A stretch of DNA of 64,000 nt from Candidatus Hermodarchaeum yapensis (lineage in GTDB: Archaea; Asgardarchaeota; Hermodarchaeia; Hermodarchaeales; Hermodarchaeaceae): assembly GCA_016840405.1 (NCBI GenBank), contig JAEOSK010000002.1, forward strand, positions 68,042-132,041, written 5' to 3'. The notes below the pieces were generated by a model that saw only the letters and a program-made list of their open reading frames with translations, made no database searches and was not told the DNA's origin. A program made the translations under genes and the position numbers. Positions 44,471-53,560 of the stretch are shown in pieces; position 1 is the first letter of the stretch, and the number at the start of each line of letters is the position of its first letter.

Positions 44471-47400
44471 TCAACCCCTAAGATGCGGGTCCAAGAGTGT
44501 TTGGATTGGTTTTTCATTGAAATGTTCAACCAGCCGTTCGTAATTCCAGCCAAGCGGCGTGAGGAGAGTATCTGCTGCGCGGAGTAGCAGTTGTGCGTAT
44601 TTGTCTTTGTCGTAGTGGGTTGCAGCTGATGTGTGAGGAAGTGCGACGCGGCGTAGGGGATGGCGTGACAGGGCATCAGTATGTACGTAGCGAACGGGTT
44701 GTCCAGGCTGGATGTCTTGGCCATACCGCATCGCTAGTTCAGCTGCGATGGCTTGGCTACACTGCTGTTGATATTCGCCTGGTGACCGACTGATATTTTG
44801 GGTGATGACGAGATCATCGATAGCCACGTCACCATTATGCAGACGTTCTAGATAGTCTTTGACGATGTCGAAGAGCTGGGGCAGCATCTCTTGCATCTCT
44901 TCAGCTTCTTCGGCACCCGCAAGACAGGTCAGTAGGTCCATTTGAAGCTGCTTGATATATGGTGGGGTGTCACGGCGTCGGAGTTCGATGCCACGTACTT
45001 TGATGGTGCCATCTTCTTTGACGCCGCAGTAACGGGTTAGAGCACCATAGGGCTGATTGCGGCAGGGGAGGAACATAATCCAGCGGTAGCGCCCTTCAAA
45101 CTCCATCGACAGTCCCGTTTTCTCTTGGATGGCTTCACCTACCGCTAGATAGTCGTCGACGGTGGCTCCCGGTTTTTGGAGCCAGACACAATCCACAATA
45201 CCATGGAGCACTTGGAATCCTCGCTGTTCGCTTACGGCTTTGGTCTGTAAGAGGACGCGACGACTAAATGCCGTGACACACTCATAAGCTTCGACACGAC
45301 CAAAACGTGAGGCCCGAAAACCCAAATAGCCAAAACAGTTGTGTGTAAAGATGCCTCCTTTCCCAGCTGCGAATCCTGATAAGGGGCTATCTACTTCGAA
45401 GCAGTACACATACTTGGATGTGGGTGTTACTTTAGCGATTTCCGTAACCTTGGAAAAACCAATATCGCTTTCTATCAACTGTTTGATGAAGGCTAGTTGC
45501 TCTTGGTCTATTTTGGAGAGCGTCGGTTTATCAAGAAGTTTGGCTATCTGTGTTGTTGCAGCTGCTCGTTGAGTTCTCTCAGCTAGATCAATTCGTGGGT
45601 TTCTGACTGTTCGATACTTCTGAGCAAGCTGGCGTAAACGAGTTTCGTGAACGGGAATTCCTCTGATTAGTGAATGTGGACGTTGGCTAGCGTTCTTGCT
45701 GCGGAGGATCCGCTCGTGTTTTCTTTTCAGGGAACTGTGGGATAGGATTTCGGTCAGGCTTCGCATTCCATTGATGCGGAATGCATGTGTCACGCCTTTC
45801 TTTTTGGAACGGTTTAGCAGGAAATCGATGTCCAAGGTTAATGCCATGTAGCCCAACTGGTTGAGTAACTTTTCGCTTTTAGTGCCTATTCGAATTACGT
45901 TTCGGGTCTTTTCGATAGATCCATCGCTTGCGATGAGGCCTGCAAGAAACTCGTAACGCACTGCTCTTGGCGCATTAAGGATATAGAACGGTATTTGAAG
46001 TCGACCTTGACTCGCTGTATGTCCAATCAAGAATGCCTTTTCCAATAATTCAACGAGAGCGGTGCTATTGATTTGTATGACGTACATGTTTGCATTTGTT
46101 TCTTTACGGATCTGTCCTTTCAGACCAAAGCTCGTCGAAATGATTCGGTTGATTCTCTTGAGGAGGGCAACATCTTCTGCATTCACATCTAGTCGGATCA
46201 TGTTCCGAGTTGCACTTCCATCTCCGACAAAGAAGCCTAACAGGAAAGCTAGATTCTCATCAAGCGACACTGTGGCAGGAATCCATTTCACTAGTCCACC
46301 CTTGCGTCTTCCCCGCCCAATTTGCAACTGTCGATGTTTTTCAGCAGAGAGGTGAAGCAACTTGAAATATCGGAGGGGGATGTACCCTTCTCGCTGCCAG
46401 TTGTTGAGGGCTTGGACAGTATGACTGCCCTGAGACAAAGCAGACATGATTGTATTGCGATTCTCTATGATGGCTTTTCTTAAGATAGGACCATGGACTC
46501 TCCACGTATCAAGGGTGTTCCTAGAATGCTGGTTGAGGAGAATTTCTATGAAGTCAAATTGCTTTTGTTTCGAGCTTGAAGGAACAGATAGCATGACAGG
46601 TAGAAAGTCACCGCGTTTGAGTTGTCGAGTTTCTTTAGTCATCAATCGGCCATTGTCAAGAACATAGGATGGGTGATCGGGGGTAAGGGTAATCTCTCGA
46701 CCTCCCTCCAAAATGACCTTAAGAAGAGTGTCTGGTGCGTTAAGCTTGAAGAACTGCTTCACTGGGGCGAAGGTTGCTTTGTACTGCTCATCCAGCCCGA
46801 TAACCTGGACATCAAGATGGCAAGGTTGTACGCTAGGCGACGTAAGATGTTGGTCGATAAATTGTCCTATCTTAACAAGTTGTAGGTCACCATTGATTCT
46901 TACTGGTACTATCTCGTCAGAATCCAAACACACAACGAGCAACCATTTGAGGGCAGATTGTCGGGCTTCATAGATTGGATTGTCGTGGCGGCGCTTCTTG
47001 TAGTAAGTGCGTTTCTCAAGTATTGGTTTGAGGAAGGTAGGGACGATTCCGATTTCTCGTTGGCACAGCCAGTAGCCTAGTTCGGGGACGATGGTGGCGT
47101 CATCGGGGCAGCAGTCACAGAAGAGTGCCTCGGGGGAGATGTTGTGTTTGACCATCAGTGATGGATACATGGACAGAAAATCGAGTTCCCCCACATCACT
47201 GAACACTCCGACACGCGGAGTAATGACATGACCACCTCGGTCTGCGTTGAGCAGTTCGATGCCCGTCTTGTACTGTTCGGGGTCGGCTTTGGTTTCCGGG
47301 ATTAGCACACCACGTCTGAGGGCTTCCTGCATCTGTAGCATGTTAATCCCTGTGCCGGGGCTGCTGCGTGCCATGCGTTGTGGCGGAAAGGCAGTGAGTC

Positions 47401-48265
47401 GACATCCCTCAATCAAGCCGTGGAAGTCGCCAAAGGTCATATATGATCGGTCCAAGTGTAACCGTCCTCGCAGAATGAAGGGGTGCGGTCGATAGAAGAC
47501 TGGACCGCCATATCGGAACACGGCACGGCCAGCAGGCAAGGTCTTATCACTAAAGACGTGGGGTGTGTGGTCACGGTTCAAGGAGAACTGTTGTAACATT
47601 CCTGCCTCGCCGACGCGTTGGATGAGTGCTGGTAAAATGTGGGCGTCACCTCTCTCGGTGAAAATGATGTCGGGATTCTGGGCGGTGATCCAGTCTTGGA
47701 GCATCATGGGTTCGGTGGTCTGTAGGGTGTCCCCTTTGGAGCTGGCTGCGGTGAAAAGGTCCTCCCCTTCCAGGCGGAGGTCCACGGTGTCGAAGGGAGG
47801 GAGATCATAGTCGAGAGCCAATTGGGAGTCGCAGGAGTCGATTCGGGTCACGCGGGTCCTCGACTGATTGGTGTGGACCTCTACCTGTTCGAAGGGGTAG
47901 CGCTGCTGCTCGAGATACCACAGCTGCGTTGCAGAGAGATCGCCGTTGAAGACGCGAAAACGGGGAACGGCGAGGGCTTTGAGTTCGCGGACGACACGGG
48001 GGAGTTGGGTGCAGGAGGAAACTGTAACGGCGAGAACCGGACGTCGCGGGCCCCGCAGCTGCAGCCGATGAAACTCGGGTGTCACGGCGCTCACGTGGGG
48101 GTGACTCTCAAATAGCGGCGCATAGTCCTCGAATTGGACGCCCGGCGCATGTAAGTAGAACCGTGGCTGATAGGACACCTCCAGCGGTACACACGCCTCA
48201 GCCGTTCGTAACCACAGGATCAAATGGTCCGGCTGGGCGGTTATGTCGAGGATCCAGCCACGCAT
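44471..48265 (-). CDS. polB: family-B DNA polymerase homolog with non-canonical Exo and Pol-C motifs, interrupted by an intein
   Basis: N-terminus MRGWILDI, motif A ELDFLSMYPS, motif B KWLLVV|CFGYLG split by the intein, motif C position HGIVDC, KxY-region IKVRGIELRRRD. Confidence 0.85.
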   Translation of the reverse strand: MRGWILDITAQPDHLILWLRTAEACVPLEVSYQPRFYLHAPGVQFEDYAPLFESHPHVSAVTPEFHRLQLRGPRRPVLAVTVSSCTQLPRVVRELKALAVPRFRVFNGDLSATQLWYLEQQRYPFEQVEVHTNQSRTRVTRIDSCDSQLALDYDLPPFDTVDLRLEGEDLFTAASSKGDTLQTTEPMMLQDWITAQNPDIIFTERGDAHILPALIQRVGEAGMLQQFSLNRDHTPHVFSDKTLPAGRAVFRYGGPVFYRPHPFILRGRLHLDRSYMTFGDFHGLIEGCRLTAFPPQRMARSSPGTGINMLQMQEALRRGVLIPETKADPEQYKTGIELLNADRGGHVITPRVGVFSDVGELDFLSMYPSLMVKHNISPEALFCDCCPDDATIVPELGYWLCQREIGIVPTFLKPILEKRTYYKKRRHDNPIYEARQSALKWLLVVCLDSDEIVPVRINGDLQLVKIGQFIDQHLTSPSVQPCHLDVQVIGLDEQYKATFAPVKQFFKLNAPDTLLKVILEGGREITLTPDHPSYVLDNGRLMTKETRQLKRGDFLPVMLSVPSSSKQKQFDFIEILLNQHSRNTLDTWRVHGPILRKAIIENRNTIMSALSQGSHTVQALNNWQREGYIPLRYFKLLHLSAEKHRQLQIGRGRRKGGLVKWIPATVSLDENLAFLLGFFVGDGSATRNMIRLDVNAEDVALLKRINRIISTSFGLKGQIRKETNANMYVIQINSTALVELLEKAFLIGHTASQGRLQIPFYILNAPRAVRYEFLAGLIASDGSIEKTRNVIRIGTKSEKLLNQLGYMALTLDIDFLLNRSKKKGVTHAFRINGMRSLTEILSHSSLKRKHERILRSKNASQRPHSLIRGIPVHETRLRQLAQKYRTVRNPRIDLAERTQRAAATTQIAKLLDKPTLSKIDQEQLAFIKQLIESDIGFSKVTEIAKVTPTSKYVYCFEVDSPLSGFAAGKGGIFTHNCFGYLGFRASRFGRVEAYECVTAFSRRVLLQTKAVSEQRGFQVLHGIVDCVWLQKPGATVDDYLAVGEAIQEKTGLSMEFEGRYRWIMFLPCRNQPYGALTRYCGVKEDGTIKVRGIELRRRDTPPYIKQLQMDLLTCLAGAEEAEEMQEMLPQLFDIVKDYLERLHNGDVAIDDLVITQNISRSPGEYQQQCSQAIAAELAMRYGQDIQPGQPVRYVHTDALSRHPLRRVALPHTSAATHYDKDKYAQLLLRAADTLLTPLGWNYERLVEHFNEKPIQTLLDPHLRG
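45338..46930 (-). mobile_element. 531-aa intein with LAGLIDADG homing-endonuclease domain, inserted in polB motif B
   Basis: N-terminal Cys (VV|CLDSDE), C-terminal THN|C junction, dodecapeptide motifs LAFLLGFFVGDGSA and EFLAGLIASDGSI. Junction codons checked by hand (TGT at 46928-46930; AAC 45338-45340; +1 TGT 45335-45337). Confidence 0.85.
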
Positions 48266-48293
48266 TGTCGGTCAGAGCGTGTCTCCCACTTAC

Positions 48294-48301
48294 CTATTTA
48301 A
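48294..48301 (-). promoter_or_regulatory. TATA box (TTTAAATA on the minus strand) about 28 nt upstream of the polB ATG; near-leaderless transcript predicted
   Basis: Sequence read directly. The spacing fits archaeal TATA-to-TSS distance, with a TSS a few nt before the ATG. Confidence 0.4.
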
Positions 48302-48427
48302 AGCCGGAATCTCGAATGCAAAAGAATCACCCTCCTTTGGAACTAAAAGGGGTTTTTTTGTACGGATGTATCTCGCCTCTTGCAACGCAGGTTAGTCGTG
48401 TGAGAAGGAGCTTCCCTGACAATACTG

Positions 48428-51400
48428 CTATACCGAGGAACCGCAGACAGGACAATATCGGGCTCGTGAAGGGATTAGTGCACCACAATAGGCACAAAAC
48501 CGCATAGTTTCTGGTCGCTCTGATGAAGGAGTGTCTGGAGGATGTCTGTATTGACGTGGTGGGGATTTCGGTATTGAGGGACCTCTTCTTAGCAGAAAGA
48601 CCATAACTGCAACCGAAACCACAATAATCGTATCAATTCCAATAGCCATGACGAGTAGCCATAATTCAGCTTGAGGTAATGTGGTCACACCCTGTTGAAC
48701 GGTAAGGTGAAAGACACCAACGCCGTCAGTATCACCCGGAAAGGAGTACACTTCAATATAGTATGTATCTCCACGGGTCAGATGAACAGTGAATGACTCA
48801 GTCGAGTCACTCCCAAGCGAACTTGCTAAGACATCATTGTATTCATCGTAAAGATACAAATCAAAGTCTGTGAAATAATCCAGCAAGAGCGCTTCCAAAC
48901 CAAAAGTGTATAATCCAGTCACTGCGGGTACGAATTCATAATAAACCGAATCATCAGCCCACTCCAAATACCCAAAATATTCAGCATACGCACTTAACTC
49001 AACAGCCGTTCCCCTAGTGGATCCCACATCAGTAAATTCATCCATGAATTCATCCCAAAGCGTATCATCCGCGAGATCCAAATCATCAATGAACTTGTTA
49101 AGAACCACAGCTAGCCCCGTAGCCTCTGGGACACCAGAAAGATGTTCTTCATGAACTATTGCAGCTGCAACAACGTCACCAAGATCCCTGGCTAAGGGTA
49201 TTAACTGGGGATACGCTGAGTCACTAAAGACATTGGCTAAAGCTGAGGCGAACCCGCCCAAATCAACAAAATCCGCACGAGTGAAACCTTGAGCAAACAC
49301 GCGAGCAACACAAACTCTATCATACACCATTGGTGAATCAAGTAAATAGCTGAGTTCTGAACCGAGTATATGCAAGCAAGTGACAATGTCCTGAAGCTGA
49401 GACGTATCAACAGAGGACAAACAAGCCCAGTTTAATAAAGGATCATGATATCGACCGCCAACTCGATAAGCAGCACCATAAAAATACGGCATACCTTCAG
49501 CCACAGTCAAAGGTTTTGAATCGGGGAATGAAGTGAGGTTTGCCAGAATATCCTCATATGGAAATCCACTAACTGGCACACCCTCTTCGGAAAAGACGAG
49601 ATAATCCGTAACATCACGCAGCTCATAGGCTACCTCGAGTTGTCCCATCATACAGGCATCGAAGGCAACAACGTCCAAATACTGAACCTGGGGATCGCTA
49701 AGTGCAATTTGGACCTCATGCATACTCAGATAATCAGCACTGGTTTCGTCAACGCATACCGATTCATATCCCGAACCATGATCCCATAGTACAAGGAGAT
49801 AATTTTCTGCTGGAGCATATGATTGTCCAAACACGATGAAATCCCGAAGGGTTTGCCAATCGCCCATATTCGGCTCCAAAGGTAGTGGATGTGAGAGCTC
49901 AATGGAATTAATTGTATTCAGATTAGTATCATAAGTGACTTCGTAACAACGCGCTCCGCTATATGGTGCGATTAATGTCGACCAAAAATCTACGAACACA
50001 AGAATATGGACGTCTGGTGATGGCAACACGGTTTCCATAGAGTTCAAATCACTGAATGCATACTCCTCCAAGTCGTTATCACCATCAAGATACACCAGCA
50101 CAGTCCATGCATCTGAATGTGTAACGGTGACAGAAAATGACGCATTTATTACCTCATTATTCGTATCATTGGCCCAAACCTCTATCCCATATTTACCTGG
50201 TGTCAGTGGTGTAACATTGCGGATTTCTCCCCACAAATCAATGGAGAAATGAGTAGTATCATTAATCCAATACTGATCAATTAATACCACTGTTAATGCT
50301 TCAACGTAGTAAACAAACTGCTCATCAGCAACAACAAACTGGTCATTAGGCACTTCTCTCCAGACAATATTCAACGGCTCATAATTCACAAGCCAGAAGG
50401 CGTGATGACCATCAATTGATCTATTCACATGACCAGCAATAATAAGATTCCCAAAACTATCTTCGACAATAGACCCGCCATATGACAAATCCGGAGATGT
50501 ACCAAAAGCGCCATACCAGGTCATATTTCCCCATTCATCTGTTCGGACAACCCACAAATTCGAATAATACGTTGAGTCATAGCTATAAGAAAATCCACAA
50601 AGGGCATAACCACCAGCATCACATGCAATCATATCACGAAACACATCAAGCCTAGTCCCACCATAGAAATAGTCCCACATTAAATCCCCATTATTGTTAA
50701 GAAAAAGAATCCGACCATCAGTACTTCCAGAAACCGGGTTATACCCTTCTCCAGCAAGAACAATGATTCCATTACTCGCCCGCCAGACTGAATGGCATAA
50801 ATCATAACTCGGTCCAACATACGTGCGTTCCCAAAGGGAGTGGCCCGTTGAGTTGGTTCTGATACAATAGAAATCATAGTCACCTGGTGGACCTGAATAA
50901 CCTCCAATGACAAAACCATTGTCGGGATGTTGAACTAGATCAGTTCCATAATCAAATTGCGTTCCACCATAAGTGGCGTTCCAGAGGTGATTTCCATCAT
51001 TATCGAGTCGTATCAACCAAACATCCGTTTCACCAGCGCCAAAACTTGTTGTATATCCGATTATTGCATATCCGCCATCATTACATTCAATCATGGATTG
51101 GGCATAGTCACTACCTGTTCCCCCAAAGGTCGTATTCCACAGAAGGTTGCCTATTGCATCAATTCGCAGAATCCAGACATCGAAATCGCCCGCACCATAA
51201 CTCCGGGTATAACCTGCAATGATGAATCCTCCACTAGAATTTTCGAGTATTGCTGAGCTACTCTCAAATTCCACTCCTCCATAAGTCCGATTCCATTGAT
51301 GGATTCCGAAACTATCAGTACGATCAACTCTAATGTCAAAACCAGACACACCAACAAGTGCGTAACCACCATCACTACACAAAACATGATCCTCTGCTGC

Positions 51401-51664
51401 TTGGACATGGTTCTCATATCCGTACATATGATTCCAGGTAGGTTCATGCTGATAAGGAACTGGAGGTAATACTGATGGCAAAGGAGAGTCGGATACACGA
51501 TATTCTTCAAGTTCTGTGCTTTGCACACCTTCGGAGAAAATGTCAGCACCAAGCACTTCTGAATTCTTCACATCAATAATGTGTGGTCTTTGATCGGAAA
51601 CAAGTGGCAAACAAAGGAGAGCAAGAGTGAACACAAGGATAATTGCAATACGAATTCGTCTCAA
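48428..51664 (-). CDS. surface multidomain protein: signal peptide, 7 propeller-type repeats, clostripain-like (C11) cysteine peptidase, PPC domain, TM helix, cytoplasmic zinc ribbon
   Basis: VLVYLDGDNDLE, catalytic His in LWDHGSGY (49778-49780) and Cys in AFDACMMG (49652-49654). PPC-like DFDLYLYD...GDTYYIEVY. TM LWLLVMAIGIDTIIVVSVAVMVFLL. Zinc ribbon FCAYCG...YCPVCG. Confidence 0.75.
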   Translation of the reverse strand: MRRIRIAIILVFTLALLCLPLVSDQRPHIIDVKNSEVLGADIFSEGVQSTELEEYRVSDSPLPSVLPPVPYQHEPTWNHMYGYENHVQAAEDHVLCSDGGYALVGVSGFDIRVDRTDSFGIHQWNRTYGGVEFESSSAILENSSGGFIIAGYTRSYGAGDFDVWILRIDAIGNLLWNTTFGGTGSDYAQSMIECNDGGYAIIGYTTSFGAGETDVWLIRLDNDGNHLWNATYGGTQFDYGTDLVQHPDNGFVIGGYSGPPGDYDFYCIRTNSTGHSLWERTYVGPSYDLCHSVWRASNGIIVLAGEGYNPVSGSTDGRILFLNNNGDLMWDYFYGGTRLDVFRDMIACDAGGYALCGFSYSYDSTYYSNLWVVRTDEWGNMTWYGAFGTSPDLSYGGSIVEDSFGNLIIAGHVNRSIDGHHAFWLVNYEPLNIVWREVPNDQFVVADEQFVYYVEALTVVLIDQYWINDTTHFSIDLWGEIRNVTPLTPGKYGIEVWANDTNNEVINASFSVTVTHSDAWTVLVYLDGDNDLEEYAFSDLNSMETVLPSPDVHILVFVDFWSTLIAPYSGARCYEVTYDTNLNTINSIELSHPLPLEPNMGDWQTLRDFIVFGQSYAPAENYLLVLWDHGSGYESVCVDETSADYLSMHEVQIALSDPQVQYLDVVAFDACMMGQLEVAYELRDVTDYLVFSEEGVPVSGFPYEDILANLTSFPDSKPLTVAEGMPYFYGAAYRVGGRYHDPLLNWACLSSVDTSQLQDIVTCLHILGSELSYLLDSPMVYDRVCVARVFAQGFTRADFVDLGGFASALANVFSDSAYPQLIPLARDLGDVVAAAIVHEEHLSGVPEATGLAVVLNKFIDDLDLADDTLWDEFMDEFTDVGSTRGTAVELSAYAEYFGYLEWADDSVYYEFVPAVTGLYTFGLEALLLDYFTDFDLYLYDEYNDVLASSLGSDSTESFTVHLTRGDTYYIEVYSFPGDTDGVGVFHLTVQQGVTTLPQAELWLLVMAIGIDTIIVVSVAVMVFLLRRGPSIPKSPPRQYRHPPDTPSSERPETMRFCAYCGALIPSRARYCPVCGSSV
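50375..51382 (-). repeat. seven tandem about 45-50-aa beta-propeller-type repeats (coding)
   Basis: Recurrent GG(Y/F)xIxGYTxSxGAGxxDxWLIRxDxxGNxLWNxTYGG units read in the protein. Confidence 0.6.
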
Positions 51665-51770
51665 TATCTCCCACCTTATTCACCATTCACATATCTGATA
51701 ATAACCGTGCCTAATAAATTTGCAGTTTCAGGAAAAACAGTTGAAATGAACTGGATGAACTGCTGGGTTA

Positions 51771-53081
51771 TTACGCTTTTGTCAAAGTGTTATTCTGTTC
51801 TTGGAGGTCAATATCACGTTGTTCTTCGGCATTCCAGAAGAAGAGTGCGTATAAAACAACTTGAACGCCGTAAAAGCCGAGTGTTAACCAGAAGGGAATA
51901 AGGTATAGGCCTTGGTCGAAGAATTGCCCCGCAAATTGAACACTAGTGGCCCGCCCTAAACTCATGGCTGTACTGTTCAACGCTTGAAGGTTTGGTCGCC
52001 AAGAAATGGGAACCAATTCCATGCGTAAGGTCTGACCCACTGGCATGGCGGCATTCATTAGGGCGCCTCGGAGCAGAAAGCTCAAAATGGCTACAACTGG
52101 GTTAACAACTGAAGCCAACAGCAGAATGAAGGGAAGTGAAAGCGATTGTGTCAATACGACGGATTTTATTTTGCCAATCCGGGATGCGAGAATGGGTGAT
52201 AACAATACTCCCGTTGCCATCGTTGCTTGTCCAAGTCCAATAATCGTACCCACAATGTATGTGGGAAGGTTGTAGAATTCCCAAAAGAAGACGTTCATTA
52301 ATGGAACAATGAGCCCAGCGCCTAGCCCAACTAATAGACTACATATGAAGAACCGGATAACAATGTTGACCTTTCCTGTTGGTTCGGTTGATGCTGCACT
52401 TGATCCTTCAGGCTGAACATCTTCTAACTTGGTGTTGAAAGGTTTTGGTTCTTTTAGCCAGAGAAGTGGGACGATTCCGATGATACAGGCTAGAATCCAG
52501 ACAATTAGTGTGAGTTGAAAGGTTATCGGGCTGTCTATTGGAACAATAAGCCAGAGAGCAAACAATCCTGGTAAAAACCCACCAATCAAACTACCGAAAA
52601 AACTGGTTGCAATACGAGAAGCTTGCCCAGTACCAAATAGGTAGGTCCGCTCAAAAGCTGTACTACTCCGTGCCATCAACGGGCTGTATGAGGTAATCTG
52701 TAAGCTGTTTCCAAAATAGAATACAATGATCATCATGATGAGAATGCTGGGAACAGGTAAGGCAATGAGCATTCCCGCTGCGATGGCACAGATCATCCCT
52801 GAGAGAATCATTGAATACTTTTCGCCAACCCGGGAAGTATAGGGACCAGCTAGTAATGCCCCTACAGCCATTGTATACAGACCGATTGATAGGAGTCCTG
52901 CTACGAATGCCGTAGAATAACCTAGTGACAGCAAATATAGGTTGAAAATTGCCTGATACAAGCCAAACCCGAGTCGACTAATGGCTTGGCTTGCGATGAT
53001 TCGGCGAGCATCAGGGGTAAACCGTTGAACCCGTTGCCAATATACACTGGCTTCTGTACTAATGCTCTGAGAGAGATTCAA
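51771..53081 (-). CDS. MFS transporter
   Basis: 12 TM. Paralogous to 55876-57219 (shared RFTP..R, NLYLL.LGYS.AF, PYTSRVG.KYS). Confidence 0.8.
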   Translation of the reverse strand: MNLSQSISTEASVYWQRVQRFTPDARRIIASQAISRLGFGLYQAIFNLYLLSLGYSTAFVAGLLSIGLYTMAVGALLAGPYTSRVGEKYSMILSGMICAIAAGMLIALPVPSILIMMIIVFYFGNSLQITSYSPLMARSSTAFERTYLFGTGQASRIATSFFGSLIGGFLPGLFALWLIVPIDSPITFQLTLIVWILACIIGIVPLLWLKEPKPFNTKLEDVQPEGSSAASTEPTGKVNIVIRFFICSLLVGLGAGLIVPLMNVFFWEFYNLPTYIVGTIIGLGQATMATGVLLSPILASRIGKIKSVVLTQSLSLPFILLLASVVNPVVAILSFLLRGALMNAAMPVGQTLRMELVPISWRPNLQALNSTAMSLGRATSVQFAGQFFDQGLYLIPFWLTLGFYGVQVVLYALFFWNAEEQRDIDLQEQNNTLTKA

Positions 53082-53560
53082 CGGTTTGTACCTCCAACAC
53101 CAACAAGTGAGAAGGAGAAACGTCTCCCAATCCTTGCAGGCGCAATATCCTCTCAGGCGGGATAATTAAATAATAAAATCTTGTGAAGGCATCAGAAAAC
53201 AAAAGGATGCGACGTCACAATTCGAAATGGACCTACGATGCGAAATTGATGTTTACGCGTTTCCCTTCTTTCCTTTTTCCACCTCTTTAATACATTCATC
53301 GATATATTATCACCTTAAGAAAGCAATCAAAAACACTAATCTCTGTGACTTTCGCACCCCACTTCTCTGGGTACTAAATACGCATAAATAGTATAGTTGT
53401 AGAAAAAATATTGTAGCTCTTCAACAGCTATTGCTACACTTGGTCTGAAGAACAGAAATCATCCAGCGGAATGGCATAAACCCTCGCTTGGCATTTCGAA
53501 GTGCCAAGTTGTTGAAAAGAACCTTAGATTGTTAAGAGCTACATCGAGGTAGAACGAAAA

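Noticed and set aside
44371-48427. Possibility that the GC-rich polB is part of a casposon, provirus or other integrated element.
   Set aside because: There is no Cas1, integrase, terminal inverted repeats or direct-repeat att-like flanks in the adjacent sequence. Only the compositional anomaly remains, and it is reported separately.
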